NCBI GenBank assembly: GCA_965277805.1 | Contig: OZ255842.1 | Location: 3,328,001 to 3,392,000, forward strand | DNA from: Candidatus Lustribacter sp. | GTDB lineage: Bacteria > Vulcanimicrobiota > Vulcanimicrobiia > Vulcanimicrobiales > Vulcanimicrobiaceae | Length of the DNA: 64,000 nt | Direction of reading: 5' to 3' | Shown: positions 10,192 to 19,880 of the stretch, piece by piece | Numbering within the stretch: position 1 is the stretch's first letter | Layout of the letters: each line of letters starts with the position of its first letter | The notes under the pieces: model-generated | Seen by the model: only the letters and a program-made list of their open reading frames with translations | The model's database searches: none | What the model was told of the DNA's origin: nothing | Translations under genes and position numbers: made by a program

Positions 10192-11462
10192 TGCGCCGGT
10201 ATTTCGTTTGGGCGCTCCTCGCGTGCGTGATGGTCCTCGTTGCAATGGGCGCGGCAGTGCTCTCTCCGTCTTCTTCCGCCGGCTCCGCGCTGAGAATCGC
10301 CGCGCGCGCGACCAAGGGCGCTGCCGCCCGGCTGATTTCCACGTTAGGGACCTCGGGCAGCGCCGCGTCGGCAGCAGCGTCCGCGCAGGGTTCGACCCTG
10401 ACCGTTACGCCCGGTGGTCCCGGCCCGGGCGGCTTACAGAATGGACTAGAATATGCGGCGACCTTCCGGCCATATGGCGCAAATTCGGTATGGAACAGGC
10501 GCATCTCGGACCACCCGCTCATCGCGCAATTCAGCGCCGGCGTCCTCGAGCATCAATTTCCCGCCGGGAAAAACGACCGCCCGTTCCGTTCGAACGAAGC
10601 GGGCATCTATGACTACGGTCATCCAATTTTTTACGCGGCGGCGTCGGATCCGCTGGTGAACACCCGCTGCAACCAGTACTGCGGAACCTTTCCGCCGCGA
10701 ATTCGCATACCAGCCAAAGCACGGCCGGCCGGAGGCACCGACGCGCACTTCGAAATCATCCAGCCCGACGGTACCGACATTGGGATGTGGGCGACCAATG
10801 GCACCCCCAAGCGCGATTGGCAGTCCGGCGATACTGTCACCGCTGGCAATATCTCGAATTGCGGCAGCTTCTTCACCGGACCTGGCACGATGCCGGCTGG
10901 CCCGGCTCCGACTGCCGGCGGCGCGTGTCTGCGTGCCGGTGAAATCACTGCGGCAGAACTTCTCGCAGGGCACATCAATCACGCGCTCTTTGCCGCCGGT
11001 GCGTGCGCGCACGGCCGCCAATACCCGGCCGTGCCAGAAGCGTCGACGAACGAATGCACGAGCGGGATCGGTCCACCGTTGGGAGCGCGCGAGTGGTACG
11101 ACGTGCCATGTACTGATACGCAAGCGAATTCGCGTTTGCGGCCCTGGGAGAAAGCCATCCTGTGCGCGCTACACGATTATGGCGCGTACATGGAAGACAG
11201 CGGCGGCGGCGGTGGTACGTACTTCACCGGAATCGGCGTCGACGGAACCGAGTCAACCGAATCGGCGTTCGACTTCGGGCAGCCCGACCCGTTTTCAGCG
11301 CTTGCTTCGCAGGGCTGGTACTCGATCACGATTCCGAACGCCGACAAACAAGGCACGGCACGCGCGCGCTGGGTCGGCGCCGACGTTTGGAATCCACCCG
11401 GCGTCGACTTTCCTCATCACATACATTGGCTTGCGCCTTGCTCCGCGCAAGGGACCTGCTAG
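10191..11462 (+). CDS. Secreted/membrane-anchored Cys-rich hypothetical protein (paralog of 17366..18649)
   Basis: TGATG coupling; hydrophobic N-terminus MRRYFVWALLACVMVLVAMG; Ser/Ala linker; shares many motifs with the paralog. Confidence 0.85.
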   Translation: MRRYFVWALLACVMVLVAMGAAVLSPSSSAGSALRIAARATKGAAARLISTLGTSGSAASAAASAQGSTLTVTPGGPGPGGLQNGLEYAATFRPYGANSVWNRRISDHPLIAQFSAGVLEHQFPAGKNDRPFRSNEAGIYDYGHPIFYAAASDPLVNTRCNQYCGTFPPRIRIPAKARPAGGTDAHFEIIQPDGTDIGMWATNGTPKRDWQSGDTVTAGNISNCGSFFTGPGTMPAGPAPTAGGACLRAGEITAAELLAGHINHALFAAGACAHGRQYPAVPEASTNECTSGIGPPLGAREWYDVPCTDTQANSRLRPWEKAILCALHDYGAYMEDSGGGGGTYFTGIGVDGTESTESAFDFGQPDPFSALASQGWYSITIPNADKQGTARARWVGADVWNPPGVDFPHHIHWLAPCSAQGTC

Positions 11463-11509
11463 GCGGGCCGTACCGGGCCCGGCACGAAATGAAGACCGGT
11501 CCAATGCGA

Positions 11510-12916
11510 TCATGCTGAACTTGCGATTCGGCGTTGATCCAGTTGACTCAAATACGCGCTCCGGACAAACGCGCCAAGCAAAAACGCGGCCCATAGATAC
11601 TTGTAGAACATCAAATCAAGCGAGAGCGAATTCACGAAAAGTCCGAGCATCCCGGCCTCAACTGCCCTCCGCGCACTGAAAAGTGCCGGTGAAGAACGCG
11701 GTATCATGCGAGCGATGCGAAACTGGAAAAACCAGGCGGCGAGCACCAACGCGAGGCCGATGATGCCTAGTTCGACAGCGTTGCTCGCGATCAGACTGTG
11801 CGAATCTTGCGACCACGGGGCGATGAGGCGACCGTGCGCGTTGGCGAGGTACGATTGCGTGTAAGCGAGTCGGAACTGGTCCGCGCCGATTCCGAACCAC
11901 GGGCGATGCTTGAATGCATCTAACGCGATGCCCCAGATCGAGTAGCGGCCGCCCGCCTCAGCCTGGCCGGGATCGGTGAACCGGATCCAGACGTTGGGAA
12001 ACGGTATGCTAGCCAACAACCCGGCCCCGGCGATCAGACTTAATTGTACCCGCTCGCCGTAAAAAATCATCAGATAAACCCACATGATGGCGATCGCGAT
12101 GAACGAGCCGCGGGTACCACTGACGAACACGGCAGCGAACATCACCAGCAGTGCCCCGGCGAAAAGCACTTTACGCCAGCCCTTGAAATGGAGCATCGCA
12201 ACGAGAGCCAAGGCGATCGGCATGAGTAGTGCAGCTGAGAAGTGGTCGGCGTTCACATACGACGTGTCGTTCATCTTGATGGCCAGGCGGCCGTTCGCAG
12301 TAGCGCCACTAATGCGGCTGGGCGCATGCTGGAAGATCCAGACGCCGAAAGCAGCGAACGCCGTTCCGCCGCCCAATGCCGCACCGAGAATTGCCCACAG
12401 TTCGCCCTCGCTTATTCGGATCATCGACGCGATGACGAAGATAAGGAACAGCTCGATAGTCGCCGTGAGGACCTCGTTATGGTACATCGGAACTTCCGAC
12501 CACATATACGACGCAACGCTCCAGCCCAAATACGCCGCCCATGCTATCGCCACCGCCGGTGCGCCGATGACGCGACGCCGGTCGGTCAGCACGAGCACCA
12601 TCGCGATCGCCGACGCCAATCCGAGAAATTTCGTGATCGTGCCTCCGCCGGTCTGTAAAAGCGTATCGAACGGCACGACAAAAACGTAGGCGCATAGTGG
12701 AAACAGGACCGGACGCGCGAAGCAAAGCGACGCCGCCGCGGCACCGATCGCTGCGAGTATCGCGAGCTTGACCGGAAAGTTGAGGTTCGCTAACCCCTGA
12801 CCCGAGACCACGAGCCCGAGAAGCACCGCCAACGCGAGCAGCAGTAGGAGAGGCAATCGGCCAATGCGAGGCAGCTGCCGTATCGAGAAAGAGCTCGCGC
12901 TGTTTGCTGGTTGCAT
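11510..12916 (-). CDS. O-antigen ligase / Wzy polymerase family membrane protein
   Basis: Multi-TM; VSGTRGSF, GRYSIW, PWFGIG, DSHS(LI). Start taken at MQPANS. Confidence 0.88.
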   Translation of the reverse strand: MQPANSASSFSIRQLPRIGRLPLLLLLALAVLLGLVVSGQGLANLNFPVKLAILAAIGAAAASLCFARPVLFPLCAYVFVVPFDTLLQTGGGTITKFLGLASAIAMVLVLTDRRRVIGAPAVAIAWAAYLGWSVASYMWSEVPMYHNEVLTATIELFLIFVIASMIRISEGELWAILGAALGGGTAFAAFGVWIFQHAPSRISGATANGRLAIKMNDTSYVNADHFSAALLMPIALALVAMLHFKGWRKVLFAGALLVMFAAVFVSGTRGSFIAIAIMWVYLMIFYGERVQLSLIAGAGLLASIPFPNVWIRFTDPGQAEAGGRYSIWGIALDAFKHRPWFGIGADQFRLAYTQSYLANAHGRLIAPWSQDSHSLIASNAVELGIIGLALVLAAWFFQFRIARMIPRSSPALFSARRAVEAGMLGLFVNSLSLDLMFYKYLWAAFLLGAFVRSAYLSQLDQRRIASSA

Positions 12917-12968
12917 TCGATGCCCAGCGTATCCCGTCGTGAGTAGCTCGGGCAGGGCCCATTGGGGT

Positions 12969-12982
12969 AGTCTTGTGGTCCC
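12969..12982. promoter_or_regulatory. Putative NarL/DosR-like operator (reverse GGGAC-CACA-AGACT)
   Basis: Half-site match in the divergent wzy / 13031 intergenic region. Confidence 0.3.
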
Positions 12983-13030
12983 TCTCGTCCAAGGTGCGCC
13001 CAATGCGCAGCCACAATTGCGCTCACTACG

Positions 13031-13954
13031 ATGCTGCAGACGTTATACCGGCACGATGGGTGGGCCATCGGACTCATCCGCGCCGGCGCCGCCGCGCTGA
13101 TTGCGGGTGGCATTCCGCCGATCGAGTGGTTGCATCTACACGACCGGCGCGCCTTTGCGGCCGATCCGTTTCTCATCGAAGAAGGCGGCAGTCGATTCTG
13201 TTTCTTCGAGGCATTGCCGTATGCGACTAATCGCGGCAAGATCGCGTATGCGGTACTCGACGGCCAACCGGGGAGGCCGCAGGTTCACGACGCCATCGTC
13301 GCGCCGTTTCATCTCTCCTATCCCTATCTGCTGCGGCACGAGGGCGAGATTTTGTGCATTCCGGAAGCCGGCGAGAGCGGGCGCGTGATCGCGTATGCCG
13401 CACGCAACTTCCCCGACGGCTGGTACGAGCGCCACACCCTCATCAACGGCTTTGCAGGCGTCGATCCGACGATCTTCCGGCACAACGGCCGCTGGTGGAT
13501 GCTGGCGACGGACGGCCGCGCGCATTGGAATGCGGAACTGCACGCCTGGTACGCCGATGAGTTGTTCGGCACGTGGAAGCCGCACCCGGGGAATCCGGTC
13601 AAGCGCGACCTCGCGGGCACGCGTCCGGCCGGACGTCCGTTCGTCATCGAAGGCCGGACCTATCGTCCGTCACAAGACTGCACGCTCCGCTACGGGCGCC
13701 GGCTCATCGTCAACGAGCTGCTCGAACTATCGCCCGACGGTTTTCGCGAACGCGCGGTGAGCATCGTCGAACCGGATCCGGCCGGACCTTTTGCCGACGG
13801 GCTGCACACGGCCAACGTGTGCGGCGACGTCATCGCCGTCGACGGCAATCACCTGCACTTCGAAGCGCGTCAGGCGGCGCGGGCCATCGTCGCGCGCCTG
13901 CGCGGGTTCCGCGCCAAAAGGCCCCTCAGCAATCCGGCGCCCCAAGCGATCTGA
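13031..13954 (+). CDS. Five-bladed beta-propeller, GINT1-N-like (glucosamine inositolphosphorylceramide transferase N-terminal family)
   Basis: FAADPFL, FFEA, FHLSYPYL, IPEAG, VDPTIF, HPGNPV, RPAGRPF, RPSQDC..RYG, GLHT. Confidence 0.75.
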   Translation: MLQTLYRHDGWAIGLIRAGAAALIAGGIPPIEWLHLHDRRAFAADPFLIEEGGSRFCFFEALPYATNRGKIAYAVLDGQPGRPQVHDAIVAPFHLSYPYLLRHEGEILCIPEAGESGRVIAYAARNFPDGWYERHTLINGFAGVDPTIFRHNGRWWMLATDGRAHWNAELHAWYADELFGTWKPHPGNPVKRDLAGTRPAGRPFVIEGRTYRPSQDCTLRYGRRLIVNELLELSPDGFRERAVSIVEPDPAGPFADGLHTANVCGDVIAVDGNHLHFEARQAARAIVARLRGFRAKRPLSNPAPQAI

Positions 13955-14862
13955 CAGGCGGGGAAAAACACGAATGAGGCCGCCGTGACGAGCGCGCTCT
14001 CCGACCGCGGCCGCGCAAGCCAAATCCCGATCGCGTAGCATGCGAACAGCGCGGCGACGAGCCGGCGCGACGGCGTGAGCAGCAGCAGCGCGGCAGCGAC
14101 GAGCGCGAACGGCGGCAGCAGATGCCGCATACGGAGCTCGTTCGGATGGCGGCGCAGCGTTTGCGCGCGCCAATAACCGTAGTTGCCCCACTGCCGAATC
14201 GCGGCGAAGGGGCCGCGTTTGACGCGATACGCGCTGATCGCCGGGACTTGTAACGTGAGGTAACCGAGTTGCCGGAGGCGCGCGGCCAGTTCCGCATCCT
14301 CGTTCGCCTTCCAGCGCTCGTCAAAGCCGCCCGCCGCCGCCAGCGCCTGCTGACGCCAGGCGCCCAAGTAAACGTTATTCGTTTGGCGCACCGCCGCAGC
14401 GCGCCGGAATCCGGCGCCGCCTAGGCCGAACGGATTCGTATAAAGCGCGACGACCAGTGCGCGCTCGAACGATGATTCGGGTTGCGGAACCTGGCAGCCG
14501 CCGACGCATCCAACCGTCGGGGGCGCGGCTTCGAACGCCTCGAGAATCGTCCGGATGTAGTCCGGTGCGTACGTCGTGTGCGCGTCGAGGCGGATGATGA
14601 TTTCGTCCGGCCGCGCATGTTCGATGCCGGCATTGAGCGACGCCGGAATCGAGCGCCGCGAATTGCTGACGACCATGCCGACGATTTCCGAGCCGGCAAA
14701 CCAGCGTTCCGCGAACTCGCGGCTGCCGTCGTCCGAACCGTTATCGACGATCACGAAGAACAGCCGGTCGAAGCCGACGTCTTGCGCGTCGAGACTCGCG
14801 AGAACGTCGCCGAGATTTTCGATCTCGTTGTAAACCGGCATGACGAGGGTCGCGCACAACAT
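13870..14862 (-). CDS. Glycosyltransferase family 2 (ExoA-like)
   Basis: VDNGSDDGS, RLDAH, GAWR, GFDE..NEDAEL, QW.NYGYWR. Confidence 0.9.
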   Translation of the reverse strand: MLCATLVMPVYNEIENLGDVLASLDAQDVGFDRLFFVIVDNGSDDGSREFAERWFAGSEIVGMVVSNSRRSIPASLNAGIEHARPDEIIIRLDAHTTYAPDYIRTILEAFEAAPPTVGCVGGCQVPQPESSFERALVVALYTNPFGLGGAGFRRAAAVRQTNNVYLGAWRQQALAAAGGFDERWKANEDAELAARLRQLGYLTLQVPAISAYRVKRGPFAAIRQWGNYGYWRAQTLRRHPNELRMRHLLPPFALVAAALLLLTPSRRLVAALFACYAIGIWLARPRSESALVTAASFVFFPACQIAWGAGLLRGLLARNPRRRATMARAA

Positions 14863-14934
14863 GATAAGGGAATTCTAAACCTTCGCGAACGCTCGCTTAG
14901 AGTGCCGGACGGCCCCGCACCGCCGGGCCGCCTT

Positions 14935-14948
14935 GGGGCTTTTGGGCC
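14935..14948. promoter_or_regulatory. Putative NarL/DosR-like operator GGGGC-TTTT-GGGCC
   Basis: Degenerate box in the divergent GT2/acyltransferase intergenic region. Confidence 0.3.
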
Positions 14949-15005
14949 CTCCCACAGCCCGCGAAAAATGCGACACTTCCCCTAGCCGACGACGGGGAGG
15001 GCAGT

Positions 15006-16109
15006 TTGGTATTTCGAAACGTGCAGGCGTTGCGCGCTGCAGCGGCGCTGCTGGTCGTCGGCGTGCATGTCGGGAATGCAAACGGTTTCGAAGCGCGCTA
15101 TCTGTCACCGTCTCCGGTACTCACGCACGTCCTCGGCACGGCCGGCTGGTACGGCGTCGACTTGTTCTTCGTCATTAGCGGTTTCATCATGACGGTAACG
15201 ACCTGGTCGCTCTTCGGGAGCGCGAAGAACGGGTTCACGTTCTTGTTGCGGCGGATAACGCGCATCTATCCACCTTACTGGGTCGCCTTGGTGCCGATCC
15301 TGATCGTCTATCTGCTTCGCCCCGGCTTGGTCGACTCACACGCCGCCGGCCCGCCGAATATCTTGGCGTCTTTTTTACTGTTTCCTCAGAACGGCGAGCC
15401 ATTGCTGCTCGTGTCGTGGACCCTCGTCTTCGAGATGGCGTTCTACCTGGTATTTGCCGTCGCCCTGATGTTTGGACGCCGTCGATTGCCGGTCGTTTTG
15501 ACGCTATGGACATTGGGAATTGTATTTGCCGCCTGGCAGTGGTCGAGCAGTCCGAACGCTGCGCTGCGCTTTCTCGGCAACCCCCTACCGATCGAGTTCC
15601 TATTTGGGATCGGTACCGGGACACTCGTGATGCGAGGCATCTTGAAACGCCCCGCCCTGGCGATCGCAGTAGGGCTCCTTCCGGTGGTCGTGCTCATGAT
15701 TCACGATACCGTCGGCAAAGGTCTCGATCCGACGCTCTGGGGCCGCGCCGTCGGAGCGGGTTTCGGATTCGCCGCGATTCTTTACGGCGCGGTCGTGCTC
15801 GAGAAGGCGCGCAGCGTGATTTTTCCGCGCTGGCTCGATGCACTCGGTGACGCCTCATACGCGATGTATCTCTGGCACATCCCGGTGCTCACGGCACTGG
15901 GACTGCTCGTCGCACATCTACACGCGCGGAGCGTCCTCTCGCACATCGTGCTGCTAGCGGTCGCTTTTGGCTCGGTGATCGCCGTCTCGCTTGCGATCTT
16001 CCGCTTTATCGAGCGTCCGTTGACCCGCGCGCTGCACCGCGCGATCACGCCGCACCGGGCGCGGCCACGTACGCGACGGCTGCCCGTTTCGGCGGCGGTG
16101 CTCGAATGA
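15006..16109 (+). CDS. Acyltransferase family 3 (ExoZ/OafA-like)
   Basis: QALRAAAA, GVDLFFVISGF, RRITRIYPPYW, SWTLVFE, GDASYAMYLWH, IERP. Confidence 0.93.
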   Translation: MVFRNVQALRAAAALLVVGVHVGNANGFEARYLSPSPVLTHVLGTAGWYGVDLFFVISGFIMTVTTWSLFGSAKNGFTFLLRRITRIYPPYWVALVPILIVYLLRPGLVDSHAAGPPNILASFLLFPQNGEPLLLVSWTLVFEMAFYLVFAVALMFGRRRLPVVLTLWTLGIVFAAWQWSSSPNAALRFLGNPLPIEFLFGIGTGTLVMRGILKRPALAIAVGLLPVVVLMIHDTVGKGLDPTLWGRAVGAGFGFAAILYGAVVLEKARSVIFPRWLDALGDASYAMYLWHIPVLTALGLLVAHLHARSVLSHIVLLAVAFGSVIAVSLAIFRFIERPLTRALHRAITPHRARPRTRRLPVSAAVLE

Positions 16110-17398
16110 GCGCGATCGCCAAATCACCGGCGAAATGGTGGCCGGCCGCAGCCGCGGTCATCGCGGGCATCCTCATCCGCGTTGCGCTGCTTCCCGGCAA
16201 AGGTTTTCCCGACGATATCTCGGCGTTCGAACAGTGGGCGCTTGCCCTTGGTACGACCGGAACGGCGGGTTTCTATGCCGACACGAGCGGCTTGCGCTAC
16301 CCGGTGCTGGACTACCCGCCCGGATACATGTACGTTCTGCTGCTCGTCGGAAAGCTGTACACGCAGCTGTGCCACTGCAGCACGGATGACGGGCTGCTGC
16401 TGAAAATCCTCGAGAAACTGCCGGCCGTTCTGGCCGACTTCGGCGTCGCGTTCGCGACCTATGGCATCGCCCGGACGATCGCCACCGAACGCCGCGCCCG
16501 AGTGGCCGCCGCCGCGGTTTTGGTGCTGCCGCCGCTGTGGATCGTTTCCGCGTACTGGGGACAAGTCGATTCGGTCGCGTGCTTCGCGCTGCTGCTCACC
16601 TTATGGGCTGCCGCCGGCCGGCGCTGGATCGTGATGTGGACGCTCTTTGCCTGCACCGTGCTGATTAAACCGCAAGCTGCGCCGCTGCTGCCGTTACTGC
16701 TCGTGTGGGAATGGCGCGCCGGAGGAACGCCGGCACGGTTCGCGGCCGGTCTCGGATCGGCCGCGATCATCGCCTATCTGAGTACGCTCCCGTTCATGGC
16801 GGACCACGCACCGGTTGCCGCGTTCCGCTGGCTGCTCGAACGATACACCAACGGCATCAGCAAATATCCGTACAACACGACCGGCGGTTTCACGCTTTAC
16901 GGCATCTCGGGAAATTATTATCAAAGCGACGCGCAGACGGTCCTCGGTCTACCGCTGCACACCTGGGGTATAGCGCTCTTTCTCGCCCTGCTGGCCGGCG
17001 TCACCGTGAAGCTGAACGTTCTGCTGCGTGAATCACCGGCGCGCTTACAACTGCTGACTTCCGCCTACGTCGTGCTGGCCGGGTTTTTCGTGTTGAGCAC
17101 GCGCATGCACGAGCGGTACCTGATGCCGGCCCTCGTGGTCGGCGCAATCGTGGCCTGCGCCGACCGGCGGCACGCCTTTACCGTGCTCGCATTTGCGGCG
17201 ACCTTCAGCGTCAACTGCGCCTTCATCCTGAGCGGATTTTACGGCGGCGCGCACCATCCGTTGACGCTGCTGGTGGCACACGTCTGCTCAGCGGTCAACG
17301 TGGCGACGTTCCTCGTTGTCGCCGCCACGTTTTTCGCAACGCGCGCGCCACAACCGGAGGCCCGTCTAACAGGTCCCCTGCGCGCTGCATGGCGCTAG
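16106..17398 (+). CDS. GT-C membrane glycosyltransferase (Gpi18/ALG6-like)
   Basis: DYPPG, WGQVDS, KPQA, TRMHERY; multi-TM. Confidence 0.82.
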   Translation: MSAIAKSPAKWWPAAAAVIAGILIRVALLPGKGFPDDISAFEQWALALGTTGTAGFYADTSGLRYPVLDYPPGYMYVLLLVGKLYTQLCHCSTDDGLLLKILEKLPAVLADFGVAFATYGIARTIATERRARVAAAAVLVLPPLWIVSAYWGQVDSVACFALLLTLWAAAGRRWIVMWTLFACTVLIKPQAAPLLPLLLVWEWRAGGTPARFAAGLGSAAIIAYLSTLPFMADHAPVAAFRWLLERYTNGISKYPYNTTGGFTLYGISGNYYQSDAQTVLGLPLHTWGIALFLALLAGVTVKLNVLLRESPARLQLLTSAYVVLAGFFVLSTRMHERYLMPALVVGAIVACADRRHAFTVLAFAATFSVNCAFILSGFYGGAHHPLTLLVAHVCSAVNVATFLVVAATFFATRAPQPEARLTGPLRAAWR

Positions 17399-18649
17399 CC
17401 AGTGAATGTGATCGACGAAATCGACGCCGCTGGGATTCCAGGGGCTTGCACCGACCCAGCGCGTCCCCTGCGCGCTGCCGTACGACTGCACCTTGATCGA
17501 CGACCAGCCTTGCGCGGCCAGCGTTGCGAAAGGGCTGATATAGTTCGGCCCATTGAAGTCATACCACGGTTCTTCGTCTTCGACGCCGGCGCCGGTTCCG
17601 GTAAAGTACGTGCCGCCACCGCCGTTATCGCCCATGTAGCCGCCGTAGACGTTGAGCGCGCAGAGAATTGCCTTCTCCCAGGGGTGCAGCGCAGCGTTTG
17701 CCTGGGTCGTCGAGCACGGGACGTCATACCATTCGCGTCCGCCGAGGGGCGGTCCGACGCCGCTCGTGCACTGCTGCGTCGAGGCGCCGTTTTCCGCCGG
17801 ATACTGCGCACCGATCGCGCATTGGCCGGTGATGATGATCGCATGATTGATCTGACCGGCAATCAACTCCGCCGCCGTTATGATGCCGGCATTGGTGCAG
17901 TAACCGGCCGCGGTCGGACCCGGTCCCGCGCTGAGCCAACCGGAAGCGCTTACGATCGAGCCGCAGTTGGCAGTATTGGACGCAGAAAGCGTTTGCCCCG
18001 ACTGCCAGTTACCGGCGGGCTTCGTTACGCCCCACATGCTGATGTCCGTGCCGTCGGGCTGCACCACGTCCAAATGTGAATCGCTTCCGCCCGCGGGCCG
18101 CGCGACGGCAGGGATGTGAATCGTTGCGGGCATGCCGCCGTTGTCGGGCGCGCCGCAATAGAGCGTGCACTTCACCGAAACGAGCGGGTCGGTAGCCGTT
18201 GCGATGAAACGCGGATGGCCGTAGTCGTAAATGCCGGCCTCGTTGGCCCGGATCGTCTGGGTGTTCAGGCCCCCAGGAAACTGATTTGCAACGATCGCTG
18301 CGCTCGAGGCAAGGTATGTCGGATGCGCTGAGACTTTGTTATTGAAGGGCGAGGTCGACGCGTACGGCGTAAAACTGACCGGGTAGTCCTGCGCGTTTAC
18401 AAAAACGGCCGTGCTAAACGCTGTCGCCGACCCCCCGGTTGCCGTCGCGGCCGGCGCCGGCCCCTGCGTCGGCGTCGCGCCGGCTACCACCGGCGTCGTG
18501 GTTGGTGAATTGGCCGGCGTCGTCACTGGAACCGTACCGCCGGTTGCCGGCAGGGCTTGCGGGGCGCTCGTGCCGCCTCCGCCCCCACCGCACCCGGCAA
18601 GGAGGCAAAGCAGCAAGAGACGACTCGTATGTGCGGGTCCTAAAAGCAT
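17366..18649 (-). CDS. Lipoprotein, Cys-rich hypothetical (paralog of 10191..11462)
   Basis: Lipobox LLAGC, poly-Gly, Pro/Thr/Ala linker; same C-terminus HIHWLAPCSAQGTC as the paralog. Confidence 0.85.
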   Translation of the reverse strand: MLLGPAHTSRLLLLCLLAGCGGGGGGTSAPQALPATGGTVPVTTPANSPTTTPVVAGATPTQGPAPAATATGGSATAFSTAVFVNAQDYPVSFTPYASTSPFNNKVSAHPTYLASSAAIVANQFPGGLNTQTIRANEAGIYDYGHPRFIATATDPLVSVKCTLYCGAPDNGGMPATIHIPAVARPAGGSDSHLDVVQPDGTDISMWGVTKPAGNWQSGQTLSASNTANCGSIVSASGWLSAGPGPTAAGYCTNAGIITAAELIAGQINHAIIITGQCAIGAQYPAENGASTQQCTSGVGPPLGGREWYDVPCSTTQANAALHPWEKAILCALNVYGGYMGDNGGGGTYFTGTGAGVEDEEPWYDFNGPNYISPFATLAAQGWSSIKVQSYGSAQGTRWVGASPWNPSGVDFVDHIHWLAPCSAQGTC

Positions 18650-18822
18650 ACTTGCGCATGGTGCCTGATGCCCCGCCAAAACACCGACAGACAAGCAAGC
18701 AAACTTTACACAACCATTCCCCGAACGGGCCTTGCAATTTCGAAAATGTCCTGCACGCTTGCCTGCACGCTCGAATGGAGAATAAACAAACGAGCCCGGC
18801 CCGTCAATAGTCGCGCCGCGCG

Positions 18823-18836
18823 GGGACTTTTAGCCC
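18823..18836. promoter_or_regulatory. Putative NarL/DosR-like operator GGGAC-TTTT-AGCCC
   Basis: Strong box ending about 36 nt before ATG 18873, in a divergent intergenic region. Confidence 0.55.
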
Positions 18837-18872
18837 TGTAGCAGGCGGGTGGCATTCCTTACACTTTGATCG

Positions 18873-19880
18873 ATGGAGACGGAGAGCGCCCCCGAACTGA
18901 GCATCGTCGTCCCGGTCTTCAACGAAGAAGGGAACGTCGGCGAACTCGTTCGGCGGATCAACGGCATTTTGACCGCCCTGCCGGGACGGCCGGCGTTCGA
19001 GATGTGCTTCGTCAACGACGGGAGCAGTGACGGCACCCTGGCGCAATTGCAGCGCGCAGCGGAAGAGTATCCGGGCGTCGTGATCGTCAATCTCTCGCGC
19101 AACTTCGGGCATCAAATCGCCGCCACCGCCGGCCTCGACATCGCCCGGGGCGATGCGGTCGTCCTCATGGACGGCGACCTGCAAGATCCGCCCGAACTCA
19201 TCGCCCAATTCGTTGCCAAGTGGCGCGAAGGCTACGACGTCGTCTACGCGACTCGGCGCACGCGGCGCGGCGAGAGCGTGTTCAAACTCGTCACGGCGAA
19301 GGTCTTCTACCGCGTCATCAAGGCGATGACCAACGTATCCATACCGGTCGATACGGGCGATTTCCGATTGATGAGCCGCCGCGTCGTCGACGCACTCGGC
19401 CGCACCCGCGAGCGTCACCGCTTCTTACGCGGACTGGTCAGCTGGGTCGGCTACCGTCAAATCGGCATCGAATACGATCGGGCCGAACGCCACTCCGGCC
19501 AAACGAAATATCCGCTTTCCAAGATGCTCAAGTTTGCGATCGACGGGATCACATCGTTTTCACAAATCCCGTTGCGCATATCCACCTATCTTGGGTTCGC
19601 GACGAGCACGTTTGCCTTTCTTTACGCCATCGTCGTGCTCGCCTTGCAGTTCGCTCATCTGAACTTTCCGGGTTACACCTCGACGATGCTGGCCATCCTC
19701 TTCATCGGCGGCATTCAGCTCGTCGGAATCGGCATTTTAGGCGAGTATGTCGGCCGCATTTACGACGAGATCAAAGCGCGTCCGCTCTATCTCATCGCCG
19801 ACCTCCAGCGCTCGCCGGCACGCGTCAACCTCACGGTGCAGACATACGCTCGCGATGCCCGTGAAGTGATGGTGAGTTGA
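18873..19880 (+). CDS. Polyisoprenyl-phosphate glycosyltransferase (GtrB/ArnC/CsbB-like GT2)
   Basis: NLSRNFGHQ, DGDLQDPPE, DTGDFRLMSR, two C-terminal TMs, GEYVGRIYDEIKARPLY. Confidence 0.93.
   Translation: METESAPELSIVVPVFNEEGNVGELVRRINGILTALPGRPAFEMCFVNDGSSDGTLAQLQRAAEEYPGVVIVNLSRNFGHQIAATAGLDIARGDAVVLMDGDLQDPPELIAQFVAKWREGYDVVYATRRTRRGESVFKLVTAKVFYRVIKAMTNVSIPVDTGDFRLMSRRVVDALGRTRERHRFLRGLVSWVGYRQIGIEYDRAERHSGQTKYPLSKMLKFAIDGITSFSQIPLRISTYLGFATSTFAFLYAIVVLALQFAHLNFPGYTSTMLAILFIGGIQLVGIGILGEYVGRIYDEIKARPLYLIADLQRSPARVNLTVQTYARDAREVMVS

Noticed and set aside
11465-11482. GC hairpin between convergent genes
   Set aside because: Six-bp stem without a U-tract; not supportable as an intrinsic terminator.
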